Shown: piece by piece, positions 23,310 through 35,564 of the stretch
Layout of the letters: each line of letters opens with the position of its first letter
Numbering within the stretch: the first letter of the stretch is position 1
Assembly: GCA_965112735.1 (NCBI GenBank)
Contig: OZ218950.1
Location: forward strand, 7,316,001-7,380,000
Direction of reading: 5' to 3'
Length of the DNA stretch: 64,000 bases
Source: Phaeosaccion multiseriatum
Lineage: Eukaryota; Protista; Ochrophyta, other classes
Notes under the pieces: model-generated
Database searches by the model: none
Told to the model about the DNA's origin: nothing
What the model saw: only the letters and a program-made list of their open reading frames with translations
Made by a program: the position numbers and the translations under genes

Positions 23310-24915
23310 ATGCGACGGAGAAGAGACGCTGGGCTGGTGGGGGGAGTGCTGGCAGTGCTGGCCATCTCACACCACACGGCGGCCTTCGCCTTCACGGGGA
23401 CAGGGCTGGGGGCCTCTGGAACCGTCGGAGGGGCGGAGGGGGGGGCAGTGCGGCGGGCGGGCTGGTCGGCTTTCTCGGCCGGGCCGGCAGAAGGAGGTCA
23501 CACCGGAAGAAAGAGGTGTGGGCCGCTTCGAGGTTTCTACGACGGCGATGAGGAGGAGGGGGCCGGCGGCTGGTGGGGGGGCGACGAAGAATTGGAGAAG
23601 CTGCAGGAGGAGCAGAGGAGATTGAACGCTGCCAATGCGGAGATTGCGCGGCAGCAGGCGGCGAGCGAGGCGGGCGTGAGCGAGGAGAGGGACGAGGCGG
23701 GCGTGGGGAAATCGACGGCTGAGTTGACGGACTTTGGCGCACTGCGGGAGAGGTTGCTGAAAAAGAGTGCGGTCAATGCGAGCAAGGATAAGGCCAAGAG
23801 CGACAGCAACGATTTTGCGCAGGCGGAGTGGGGGAACATGATGAACCCTTTCTCGGACGTGAGTGTCTTGTCATGATATGTGAAGCGCGGCTCCTGCGTG
23901 TCCCTGCATCCCCTTTTCCTTGTTTGCTCCCACCGCTCACCCCAGTCCTCACCGCCCGATCTCGCATCCCTCTCCCCCTTCCCCCTCACCTCAGCGGGTG
24001 CCGCACGAGTGGTGCCGCCCCATCACATCTGGCGAGCGCCCCCCGGCAGGCTCCATCCTCATGGCCGCCCCGGAGCCGTTCGTGGAGGGTACAGAGGACC
24101 AGTCCATGCTCGAGAAGTTTGGTTTTGCGCAGCCTATCCCCAAGGGCATTGACCCGGACAGGCAGGCGGACCTGCTGCCCGTCATGCTCATTATGGACAT
24201 CAACTCTGACACCACCTCGGCCCTCATGCTCAACCGCCGTACGGGCATGCTCTGCGGGGACCTGGGCGAGCAGATGAAAGCATTTATGATCCAGCCCATC
24301 TGGCTCGGCGGCCACGTGCGCAAGGGAGACAAGGGCATCCTCACCTTCCTCCACCTGTACACGGAGCGGGAGGTGAGCGGCGCCCAGAAGCTCACCGAGG
24401 ACGGCATCTACTTTGGTGGGGACTTCCAATCGGCCGCCAGCCACGTCACCAAGGGGGAGGGCTCGGGCTTCAACTTCCGCTTCTTCATGGAGTTCACCAC
24501 GTGGAAGACCAAGGACCTGCTGAAGGAGCTGGAGGAGGGCAAGTGGGTGCCTGCTCTGGCGGGCAAGCGCAGCCTCATGAAGCCCCGCGACAAGAAGGGG
24601 CCCAACAAGTGCCCGCCCATGTGGACGGACCTCATGACCAAGGCGGCGGACATCAGGCCGGAGTACCAGCGGGCCGTGGACCTCGTGTATAAGGCCAGCG
24701 AGAGTGAGGAGGAGGAGGAGGAGAGCAGCAGCAGCGGCAGAAGCGGCGGAAGCAGCAGCGGCGGTAGTAGCAGCAGCAGTACCAGTAGCAGCAGCAGCAG
24801 CAGAAGTAGCACCAGCAGCAGCACGGGAAGCACAGGAGGGTGGGGCAGCGGCTGGGGCGAGATGGAGGACGACGAGGACGAGTCCAAGGATGAGCGGCCG
24901 CCAAGCCTGTTCTAA
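23310..24915 (+). CDS. DUF179 (YqgE/AlgH-like) protein with probable bipartite plastid presequence, 2 exons (23310-23858, 23995-24915)
   Basis: Hydrophobic leader ending TAAFAF. Motifs WCRPI..PPAGSILMA, ALMLNRRTG, PIWLGG, IYFGGDF and FRFFMEFTTW..DLLKELEEGKW match the DUF179 pattern. Confidence 0.78.
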
Positions 24916-26403
24916 GGGGGCGGCAGAACGGAACAAGAGGGTTGGTTGTACTTACATAGGAATTAAGTTAGGAGTAATTAGGTAAGATTTGGGAGGATAG
25001 ATGAAGCAACAGACTGGTAGGGTAGGGGGCTACACAGAGGGACAGACCATAGGCGTCGTCCCCGAGCTGCACAGCACCAGAGGCACGAGCGCGAAGAGGG
25101 AGGGGGGGGGAGGGAGGGGTGCATACACATACACATACACACGCACACGGCGCTTCTTCGCTTCTTGTTTGGCTTTGCCTTGGCGGACGGTGGTTAGTGT
25201 TCGGGTTAGGGTTACAGTAGGGTTAGGACGGACGGTGACTGCTTGAGCTTGGGCTTGGGTCGGGCTCAGATTGAGGCGGCTGAGGGAGGCGGTTGATAGG
25301 AGACGGCATGGAGAGAGTCGACGGTGGCAGCGCATCGATGGAGGGGCTCAGGGACCGAATGGGACTGATGCACGGGCAGCAGCAGAAGCAGCAGCAGGAG
25401 GAGGAGGAGGAGGAGGAGGAGCTGCGGCGGAGAGGAGAGGGGGGAGACCCCGTTTCCACCAGGGGACTCGCGTGTGCCAGACGCAGCGTGTGCCAGACAC
25501 AGACACAGACACAGACACAGACACAGCTTCCACTTGCTGTCGAGTCGCAGATTAGAAGAGGGTCGAGGGGGTCGAGCGCACGCACCACGCACACGCCCAC
25601 AGGCCCACAGGACCCGCCGTGCATAGCAATGTCAAGTGCAAGCCATCTCAAGCCGAGGGCGCTCGGCTGACAGACAGGCCCCATCCCAAGGGCCTCTACA
25701 AGGGGGCGTCCCACCAGCTCCACTACACTGTCGGTTGAGCTCGGCACGATGTGGTCAGAGTTTCACTGTCCATGCCGCTCCCTTTTGCTGCTGAACAAGG
25801 TCTGACAGAATGTACATGATTTATTTACTGAATTCTTTTTGACGATACATGGCCAGTTATGCAGCGCAGCGCCTTCTCCCTGTCCGGCCCACAAGCACGA
25901 GCAGGCGCCACACCACCGCCACGCCATTCGACACCACGGAAGGGTGTGGAGCAGCGTCAGCGGCAGCTTCCACAGCTTCCACAGCTTCCACACAGCGCTG
26001 GGCAGCCGAATCTCGGCCACGACGTGGAGGCCCAAGCAAACCGACACCCAAACCGATACTCCCCTCCCCCGGGGTAGGAGGAGATAGCCTGAAGCGAAGC
26101 AGTCATTGTTGTATGAAGAGGACGCACCGCGTGTTCAGCGTTGCCAGAGTTGTCGCAAGTACTGAAGAGCTCAGCGCGGTAAGGACAGCAAAGGGGGCAG
26201 CAGCCACCGCGCCGAAGGGGCTGCGGCTGGCAGCGATAGTTTGAAGGTCCCCACCCGCCCCGCCCGGGGGGACTGGTGGGATCATGGGGAATCCAACGGG
26301 GTGGATGGGACTAAGGGCGAGGCTGAGACGCGTCTGCCCCGCCCTTCTCTCGCACCCCCCCCTTACCAAATTAAACAAGGCAAGTATTTGTACGGACTGA
26401 CTG

Positions 26404-26440
<37 letters not shown>

Positions 26441-26654
26441 GAGGCCATGAACCTGAAATGTTGCTGCCTCTAACCTGAATGTTGCTGCCTCTCCCTCTCG
26501 CTCTCGCGGCCAGTGTGCGTGAACCAAACTGTAGTTTTAATAAAAAAAAGAGCGAGCTGAGCTGTTCCTTCCTCAATCAGCCAATCACCCCCCGCTTGAG
26601 TCGTGTGTCTCACTACTGACCCACCGCCAAACGCCTCGGAAAGACGACACAAAA

Positions 26655-26692
<38 letters not shown>

Positions 26693-26706
26693 TGCGGTCT
26701 GCTCTG

Positions 26707-28690
26707 CTACGGAGCAGGCACGACGCTGTTGTAGTGCGCCCCCAGGGCGAAGTAGTGCTCGTGGAAGGACAGCTTGAGGGGCTCCGCGTCGGCCTGCTCG
26801 TACGCCTCGCCCAAGCGGAGCACCGGAGCAGCTGCGGAGAACACCTAAGCACGCGACGCGATATATACACGCATGGAGTAAGCGAGGGAAGCGAGCGGGC
26901 ACGCCGCATTCTTGTCGCATTCTACTGCTGGCCGGCAGCACCCGGGGGGGCCTCCCACGTACCTCGATGGGCAGCTTGAGGCCGTCGGAGAGGGCCCGGA
27001 GCTCCACCTGCCCCCCCCACTCCGCGCTGGTCTCAACCTAGCGGGCAGCAGCAGCACCACGCAGGCACAGGCATATCGACATGACGCAGGCACAGGCATA
27101 CGGGCATACGGGCATACAGCCACGACGGATGGGATGGGGTGAGCCGCGGAAGCAAGAGACGTGCAACTCAACTTCAACTTGATCGATCGAAGGGGGCTCT
27201 GGCTCAGCTCAGGCTCAGGCTTAGTCCCCCACCAACAGCGGTCATGTAGGCGGCCCCTTCCCGCCGGACAATAGCCACCTCTCACACACACATGTACCCA
27301 CGACGTGACCGCCCCCCCAAGGCACACTTGTACTGACCTTGTCGCAGTACTGATCGAAGCTCTCCCCCTCGAGCTCCTCTGCTAGGAAGGCCTCGTACTC
27401 CCCCCTTGCCCCCCTCAGCTGCCGAGCCGCCACCCCCCGCAGCTCCTCGAAGGCCTCCTCGGTGAGGTCAGGCCGCCTGCCGGTTACGCACAGCTGCCGA
27501 GCCACGGCTCTGCAGAGGGAGGGCAGGGCAGGAACAGAGCAGAAGGGCCGAGGGGGAGAGAGGACAGAAAGATTGATATCAGCAAGGCAGCTGGCCAGCC
27601 GGGCTCCGACCTCCCTCTCCCTCTCCCTCTCCCTCCGCCATCCCTCCCACCTGTACAAGCAGTGCCCGTCGCTCTTGATCTCTTCCACCCGCAGGCCCAG
27701 GGCCCTAATGCCTTGCTGAATGGCCTCCAGCTCCACGTCCCTCGGGTCCGGGCCTCCGCTACGGCGCTCCTCCGCGATCCTGTCCTCCCTCTCTCTCTCC
27801 TTGGCTGCCTTCTTGTCTCGCTTGGCTTTTGCCTTGAGTCTCGCCTGCTCGCGGTGGGTTGGTCGGGGCATAGCAACGAGGGTGGGCAGTGTAAGACAAG
27901 CGCCTGGTAGCCTCTCCTCTCTTTTCCCGTGGGTCCACATTCACACTCACGCTCACACGCACGCACGCACGCACGCACCTTCTCGACTTTTTGCCTCGCC
28001 CTGTCCGCCTCGGTCTCCCCGCTGTCTGCGCTGCCTGCACTTTTCTCGTCAGCAGCCCCCTCCCCCGCCGCGTTGGCAGCGATACTGAGCTTCTCCAAGC
28101 TCGCCTGCGCCGCTGCTGCTTCCCCTACAGAGTTGAGGTGCACGGCAGTAGGAGGAGCGAGCGATAGGGCGAGTGACTGCGAGCGCCTCATGACTGGAGA
28201 CTACTGCGTGGCTGATTCCTTCGTGCTCAATCTAAAACGGCGCTTCGGCTCCCTGGCTCAAGCCCTCCCCCACCTCACTTAGTGGTTAGGCGGCCTCTTT
28301 ACCTCGGGCCTCACGTACCTCCGCCGCCCTCCTCTTCTTGACGCTCCTCGCGCTCCTCCAGCTGCTGTAGCTCCTCGCGGTGCCTGGCTTTCATGGCATA
28401 CTCCAGCTGAGAGCAGCGCAAAACAGTCAGAGAGAAATCATCAATTAAGGCTGTATCCTCATGCGCTTTCGTCGCTTGTGTATTTATATGTGTGAGAGGG
28501 GGGGGAGTTCCTCTCCCCCTTTTCTTTTCTCTCTCCTCCTCATTCACTCACTCACCCGCAGGGCCTCGGCCGCGGCCTCCTCCTTCCGGGCCTTACCCTT
28601 GGCCTTCTTCAGAAGCGCCCGGCCCTGCCCCTCTGCCTCCCGGGCCTCCTTCTTGTGCCGCGCTTCGACGTCTCTGTCCTCCATCTTCAT
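26707..28690 (-). CDS. OTU-domain deubiquitinase, OTUD6B/Otu2-like, 7 exons
   Basis: N-terminal ARHKKEARE...MKARHREEL coiled coil, catalytic IKSDGHCLYRAVA, WGGQVELRALS and LSFHEHYFALGAHYNSV, all joined by canonical GT-AG introns. Confidence 0.93.
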
Positions 28691-29064
28691 TAGTAGATAA
28701 TCATCCTTCCTTCCTTTCAGGTTCCCGATTGCTAAAAGACCTTTTATTCGTCATCCGTGTTATTCCCGCTCCCACCTTTTCTTTGTTGTTCTCTCACACA
28801 ACACGAGAAGGATTGCCTCCAGGAGAAGGACAGAGCGAAGGGAAGAGAAGACTGCCAGTAGAGTGAACGATAGGCAGGAATCGTGCCGTTCATCGTCTCG
28901 TCGGCAGCAGCACAAATAGCTACGTGCGGTTACGTGTGCGACTGGGAACAAGAACAACCCCTTACATTTACGCCACCTACGCAGGGCTAGGATTAACAGG
29001 TCTGCTCCTCACAGCAGGCGAGCAGCTGCAACGCACGTGGTGCCGTTGGTTGGTGTAGTGTGGT

Positions 29065-31028
29065 ATGACGATTGGGGGCTCGTTTCGTCCGCTAGACATA
29101 GTTGTTGCAAGTGGCGGCCTCAGCAGCTGCACCAGCAGAGGCAGGGGAGAAAAGGGAGGAAGGAGATACTGGATGCTCAGGGCGCTGCCGCTTATGGTCT
29201 TCATCGCAGCGTACAAATTGGTGCTGCAGCCCATCTCGTCCTTGTCCTACGAGGTGTGGAGGCATGACTGGAGCTTCTCGCAGGGGCTCAAGGGCTATTT
29301 CCGAGCCAGGTGAGCCTTCGAGGTGTGCGGTCCTCGCCCTCCCGGGCCTTGCCCCTTTTGGAGTGACTGCACGAGCATCATCGTTGGGTCTTCCACGCCT
29401 CACTCTCACAACCTCTCCCTCCCCGTCATGGCCTTGTTTGCAGATGCAAGTGCGTGTTTGTGCATCTGCAAAAGACGGGAGGCACGACAGTCGAGGTGAG
29501 AGCCGTGTGGAGGAGATGACACTCGCCGGGCGAGGGCAGCCACAGATGGCAGCAGACGCCATCAACTGCAGAGAGCACTGCTGTGCAGTCTGTGCAGCCT
29601 GTATTGTGCCCCTCTGAACTCTATTTCTCCTGCCCCCCCCCCCCCCTCAGAATCGGCTGTACTCGGTGGCTGGGGTACGGCTGCGCGGGTCCTGCCACGA
29701 TAGGCCGGACGAGATCGAGCAAGGAGACCCGGAGGCGTGGGAAAGGTGAGTCGCCCCATTTCCCGTGAGGCGTTATCGTCGTAAGAGGAGCATTTTCGGA
29801 GTTATGTAGAGGTATATTGTCACCCCCTCCTCTGTGTGCGAGCAACCCAATGCTCCTAATGCCTAACTGACAACCCCGACTCGTCCCCCTCCACCCTCTA
29901 CCCTCCTCCTGACACCAGCTACTTCAAGTTCTCTCTGGTGCGCAATCCCTACGCCGTGCTGGTGAGCACATTTGAGTACGACCGCCAGTTCGAGGGGCAC
30001 CAAAGCTGGAAGGACGCCACCGAGGAGGGACACCAGGACCTTGCAAAGGTTAGTCAGGCGCCGCCATGCACCCAATACACATGGGCAAGCACATGGGCAA
30101 GCACATGGGCAAGCACATGGGCAAGCAGGGACCTCGTGTGGTTGAGGTGCAGGTGTGCTTCCCTGCGTCACTCTCTCCCTCCCTCCCTCCCGCAGATGGG
30201 CACTTCCAAGCATTACGAGGACTTCCGCCGTTGGCTGTCGTCCCCCGAGGGCAGGTGGGGGATGCATGAGCACGAAATGAGCCACGTCCTGTACGGGGAC
30301 GAAGGGGAGCTCCTGGTGAGAGAGGGGGGGGCAGACCACGAGAGAGAGAGGGAGGGAGGGAGGGAGGGACGGAGGGACGGAGGCAAAGAGGGAGAGAGAG
30401 AGCGATGAGGAGAAAGACAGATAGAGTTATCTTTGCTACCCGCTTCCCACCCCCTCTGCCTGCCTTCCTTGCTTACCCTGCCTGTAAAGGTGGACCAAGT
30501 GGTCCGCTTGGAGGAGCTCGATCAGACCTGGAGGGACGTGGTGTGCAAGAAGGTGAGGAGTGAGCGTTGAGGTGGGCAGTGCTGGGCGGGTTGTGAGACA
30601 GACAGTGAGGGCCGAGTGGGTAGGTGCTATGTGCGAAAAGGTGGGGCAGAGTGAGGCCAGCGCGGAGACAGGCAGCCGCTTCCTTCCACGCTGCGTGTGC
30701 CACTGTCGAAGCCGCCCTTCCTTCTGTCCGGGAGGGACAGTGAGGAAGGACAAGGCACTCATCACTAGAATCGCCATCCCTCCCTCCTCAGGCCAGACAC
30801 TTGGACTGTGCGGCGTTCCCCGCCCCCTCCCGCAGCACGTCGCACGGCTTCTGGGGCCTGTACTATGACAGAGAGAGCGCCCTGCTCGTGCAGAGGGAGC
30901 TCAGCAAGGACTTCGAGAACTTCGGGTACCACATTGACAGCTGGAGGGGGGAGGGAGGGGAGGGAGGGGGTGGGGGGGAGCACCACCTCACAGCTGTGAG
31001 AGGTGGTGGCGGCAACGCAGTCCCGTGA
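29065..31028 (+). CDS. Type II membrane (Golgi-type) sulfotransferase, Sulfotransfer_2/CHST-like, 7 exons; start 29065 or 29173
   Basis: Hydrophobic anchor, a small exon 29444-29495 encoding the 5'-PSB loop FVHLQKTGGTTVE, 3'-PB YFKFSLVRNPY..LVS, VDQVVRLEEL and C-terminal DFENFGY. Confidence 0.85.
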
Positions 31029-31702
31029 GTGCGTGTGAGGAGGGACATGAGGCAGACTCGAGTGGGATCTCTCCATCCACTGCCTTCCATCCCTCCCTCG
31101 CGACGGTTGCTTGCATGGCGTGGTCAGTCCGTCCGTTCAGTCCCTGCTCGCCTACGCCTTCCCCAAACACCCACTTCAAGCACCCCAAGCTGATGCACTT
31201 GTTGCGGGTCTCCACTCAGTGGCAAAGAGCTCTGGTAGGTACCTTTTAGTGCGACGATGCGCATCATCATATGCGGAGGAGAGCACAGGCGGGCTCTCAG
31301 CCGCACAACGTCCATCGAGGGCAAGGAAGAGAAGGGCGGTAGGACTGGGGACGGTGGGGCGGGAGATACGGAGGCATACCGAGGCATACGAGGGCCTTTG
31401 CTGCCCTCTTGCCCTCTTGCCCCTCTCAGGCTGTAGATACACACTCGCTTGGCACAGCCATATTCTTTGGGGTAAAGCACTGCTAAGGGTAAAGCACTGC
31501 TGCTACATGTGCACGGGTGATGCACATGACGCTCACGGGATGAGGAAGCGCCACAGGCAGAGGCAGAGGCAGAGGCTCGACGACTTAGTGTAACTGAAAA
31601 CTGAAAATGAATGAGACAGTTACAGGACTTGCCCTCTCAGCCCAGTGACGTCACGCGGTACTTCGGTACTTCCTACTCCGAGGCGTTTCCCTCTCTGCTC
31701 AG

Positions 31703-34700
31703 TCACGCGGCCCACACGGCGATGGCCCTCAGCGGGCGCCGCTCGTCTCGGCCGCCCCTCAGCCCCAGCGTCGAACGCGCGTGGTGCAGCAAACAAGCCC
31801 CCAGCCGCCCCTGCCCATATGCCTGCCCCTGCCCGTTTGACTGCACTACGCCCTCACCCTCTGGACCCCCCCCTCGCCCCTTGTGGCGCCCCCCCCCGGT
31901 GACCATGACGACTCGGAGTCCCCCCTCCCTCAGCGCCTCCTTCCTCTCCACCAAACACACGTGCCTCAGAGCGGCGATGGCCGTCCCCACCGAGAAGCCG
32001 CGTACGTCCATCACGTGCGCACCCTCGCCGCCACCGCTCCCTGCTCCCTCCGTATCACCACCCGCTGCATCATCCCCCCCTGCCGCTGCCCAGTGTTGGA
32101 AGAAGCCCTTCTCGAACCCCTCGCGGTACAGTGCGTCTGCGAACAAGACACGGGGGGAGCCCTTCCCCTCAGAGGCAGTCGGCTGCGAGGCACTCCCGTC
32201 AGAGGCACTCCCGTCAGAGGCACTTCGAGGAGCTTGAGCACCAACATGGTCGTCAGAATGGTCGCCGCCACCGCCCTTGACGACATCGCTGAGCAGCAGC
32301 GCTTCGACGGCGGCCTCCAGCACGCCCTTGCTCAGCACACCGAGCTGGCGCGCGTCCGACACCAGGCCCTCCACGTCTGACACCAGGTGCCGCTCCTCCT
32401 CCTCCTCCTCCTCCTCCCCGGCGGCGGCCGCCTGCCAGGCGCTTGCCGCCTCTCCGCAGGCATGGATCAGCGCCTCGTACGCGAGGGACGACCCACGCAA
32501 GCCCTTACCACGCATCTCCGCCAGCAGCTCGGCACCCTTGACGTGCTCCCCGGCCTTGACACAAGCAAGGACGGCGGTGTCGAGCACGTAGGGGCGGCCT
32601 TTGGGCATGCTGCGGAAGCAGGCAATGGCCCCGTCCGCGTCTTTGGCGTTTCCGTATGCTCGGATCACTTGATTGAACGTCACGGAGTTAGGCTCGAGCC
32701 CCCTCCCCTCCATCTCCTTCATGAGCTCCACGGCCGATACAGAATCTCCGACGGCAGCGAAGGCCCCAATGGCGGCGTTGTAGCACTGACGGTTGGGCAG
32801 GGGCGGCCGTGGTCCTGCAGAGTCCCCCTCTTGCTGCCCCTCCTCCATCCCCTCCATCCCCTCCATCATGCTGTTCAGCAGCTGGCGCGCCTTGCGTGGC
32901 TCCAGGGCCTTTGCACACGCATGAATGGCGGCCCCGTAGCACTTGACTGAGGGCCGCACTGGGGGATGACAGTCAATGGCCATGACCCGCAGCAGCTCCA
33001 ACGCCGTCTCGCTGTCCCCAACCTGCGAGCAGGCCGCAATGGCGCAGGCGAAGGTCTCCGAGTCGGGCTGGAGCGCCCCTCCCTGCTGCTGCATCTCCTG
33101 CAGCAGCTCTAGCGCCAGCCCCTTCTGACCCGCCTTGCCGCACACGCTCATGACGGATGTGTAGCACAACAGGTTGGGCTCCACCCCGTCCGAGCGCATG
33201 TCCTCCAGCAGCGACAGCGCCGTCTTGAAGTCGGGAGGCTGACCCCAACCCTGATCATCCAGACCATCCTGACCGTGAATCTTGTTCTCCCTCCCCACCT
33301 CACCGTCCAGCTGGACCCCCTGCAGCCTTTCAGATCCGCAGCACATAATGGCGAAGTTGTAGACCTGTGGCGAGGGGGCCATGCCCACCGAGCGCATCTC
33401 CTGCAGAAGGCTCAGCACCAGGCGCAGCTGCCCGCCCGCTGCGCACGCCTTGACTACCCCGGCGTAGACTGCCATCGTGGGCGTAGGCCCTCCCTCTGCC
33501 ACCCCTTGCTGCATGCTTGCCAGCAGCCCTAGCGCGGCTTGTGCTCGGCCTCGAGCGGCTTTCGCTTGGGCTTGGGCCCCTCTGTCATGTGCCGTGGGGC
33601 GGGGTGGGAGGGCTTCAGAGGACGCGTGTCTCGCGGCGCACGCTCGCACGGCCGCCGCAAAGCTCATCGCGTCGGGACGAGGATGACGGGACTTCTGCCC
33701 CTCCTCCCCCTGCTGTGCCTGCCACCGCCGCTGCATGTCGGACAGCAGCCACAGGGCCGTGCGGTGCTCCTGCCCGCCGGCACGAGCACACGCGCCGATG
33801 GCGGTGTTGTAGCTTATGGCATCGGGCTGGATCCCCTTGCTGCGCATCTCATCGAGCAGCTGGACGGCTCGCTGCGCCCCCCCTCTGCCGGAGCAGGCGC
33901 GTAGCTGGAGGTTATAGGAGTACGTCCTGGGGTACGACATGCTCTTCCTCGTGCGGTCAACGGCAGCAGCAGCAGCAGCAGCAGAAGGGGAGGGGGCGTG
34001 CACATCCGGCCAAGTCGCGCGTGCCCCGTGCTTGTTTTTGTTGAGCTTTCCCCACATGGGCCCCCGCAGCCCCAGCGCCTCTTCCACGGCTCTTGCTGCC
34101 TCCCCAGCCACCAAATCTTCTGCCGAACCCCCTCTCTGGGAGCCCGAACCCCCCCCCTGCTGCTTGCCCTGCCGCTGGGGCTTCTGACATGCTTGCAGCA
34201 CGGTTTCAGTCACCCCCGGCGGCGGCATCTGCCCCCTCCTTACGAGGTCTGCAAGCAGCTCCAGCGCCAGGTCGACGGCCCCGCTCCTGCTCGCCTCCGT
34301 GATGGTAAGTGCGCAAGTGTCCAGCTCCTGCAAGGAGGTAGAGCCGGCGCCGCTCCAGTCACAGTCACTCGAGCGCGCCTCGGCCAGAATGGCTCGCGCG
34401 CGGTGGAAGCGGCGCTTCTGGACGGCCTCGAGCAATGCGGCGCTGTACAGGGCCCCGTCCGGCTGCTGCAGGCCCTTGTCCTTCACCAGCTCCAACACCT
34501 TCAGTGGGGAGGCGGCTGCAGCAGGAGGGGCACCACCACCACCACCACCACCACCAGCAGCAGCAGCGGTGCTTTCTTCTCTGGTGGTGCCTGTGCTCCC
34601 ACTCATCCCCCTCCTGCTGCTGCTGCTGCCGTGCGCTTTGTGCCTCACGTGCCCATTGTAAGCACACGTAAAGGCGGACCACATGCTGCTCATGCTGCTG

Positions 34701-34852
34701 CTCGCACCGCCCCTTCTACTGGGAATGGCAGTGCTGCTAAACACCCGAACGGTGACTCGGCTCTTGCTGCTGCTACTGCTCCTCCTCCTCCTTCGCAGCA
34801 GGGGTCGAGAGCGGGAAGCTGCATGGCTCAGGCGCTGCACCGAAGCGGGCAT
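31703..34852 (-). CDS. Single-exon P-type PPR protein with C-terminal SMR domain (PPR-SMR)
   Basis: About 1050-aa uninterrupted ORF with many PPR motifs (PDAISYNTAIGACAR, PNLLCYTSVMSVCGK, PNSVTFNQVIRAYGN). C-terminal MDVRGFSVGTAIAAL...VVMVTGGGRH is SMR-like. The N-terminus is Arg/Ser-rich. First in-frame ATG at 34852. Confidence 0.88.
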   Translation of the reverse strand: MPASVQRLSHAASRSRPLLRRRRRSSSSSKSRVTVRVFSSTAIPSRRGGASSSMSSMWSAFTCAYNGHVRHKAHGSSSSRRGMSGSTGTTREESTAAAAGGGGGGGGAPPAAAASPLKVLELVKDKGLQQPDGALYSAALLEAVQKRRFHRARAILAEARSSDCDWSGAGSTSLQELDTCALTITEASRSGAVDLALELLADLVRRGQMPPPGVTETVLQACQKPQRQGKQQGGGSGSQRGGSAEDLVAGEAARAVEEALGLRGPMWGKLNKNKHGARATWPDVHAPSPSAAAAAAAVDRTRKSMSYPRTYSYNLQLRACSGRGGAQRAVQLLDEMRSKGIQPDAISYNTAIGACARAGGQEHRTALWLLSDMQRRWQAQQGEEGQKSRHPRPDAMSFAAAVRACAARHASSEALPPRPTAHDRGAQAQAKAARGRAQAALGLLASMQQGVAEGGPTPTMAVYAGVVKACAAGGQLRLVLSLLQEMRSVGMAPSPQVYNFAIMCCGSERLQGVQLDGEVGRENKIHGQDGLDDQGWGQPPDFKTALSLLEDMRSDGVEPNLLCYTSVMSVCGKAGQKGLALELLQEMQQQGGALQPDSETFACAIAACSQVGDSETALELLRVMAIDCHPPVRPSVKCYGAAIHACAKALEPRKARQLLNSMMEGMEGMEEGQQEGDSAGPRPPLPNRQCYNAAIGAFAAVGDSVSAVELMKEMEGRGLEPNSVTFNQVIRAYGNAKDADGAIACFRSMPKGRPYVLDTAVLACVKAGEHVKGAELLAEMRGKGLRGSSLAYEALIHACGEAASAWQAAAAGEEEEEEEERHLVSDVEGLVSDARQLGVLSKGVLEAAVEALLLSDVVKGGGGDHSDDHVGAQAPRSASDGSASDGSASQPTASEGKGSPRVLFADALYREGFEKGFFQHWAAAGGDDAAGGDTEGAGSGGGEGAHVMDVRGFSVGTAIAALRHVCLVERKEALREGGLRVVMVTGGGRHKGRGGGPEGEGVVQSNGQGQAYGQGRLGACLLHHARSTLGLRGGRDERRPLRAIAVWAA

Positions 34853-34932
34853 TGGTTTGGCAATGACGCCCCTCCTAGGCACTCGTCCTCATCGTGAGGA
34901 AGGAGGCCCCAATGCTCATCAGGGCTTCCTTT

Positions 34933-35047
<115 letters not shown>

Positions 35048-35564
35048 ATTTCCCCGCTCAACCCCAATCCAGTAACTGGTGATAATGAATGACACACGAT
35101 ACTTTCTCTCCTCTAATGAAGCAAGGGTTTGGGGATCTGATGAATTTGAGTTTCACCTCGGATTGGGTTTGGCACGTTGCATTCTCCCCCCTCTTCTCTC
35201 TTTGGTCTGCTCTCTTCTCTCAAGAGGACAGGACTACAACATAAGAGCCGAAGGTAAGAGGACTGCGGAGATCAAAGAGGCGCTGCCGCAGTGCCGCTGC
35301 CGGTCCTGGAAGTAAAGGGCTCACAGAGAGGGGCAGCGAACAAGAGAGGGAAGAAGGGTGGAAGGAAGCGTGGGACGAAGAAGCTTTCACGGCGCCGTGC
35401 ACTCCTCCTTTCTTGGCGTATCGCACAAAGAAGCTCCCCTGATCGTGTCCTGCACACACGTAAGTCTCTGTAGCTCGTTGCAGCTGATGCCATTCCCTCT
35501 TTGCGATTCCACTGACAGTCGGGCACCTCAAGAGCCTTTCCCCCAGTGGCGCCAGCAGGGCAGC

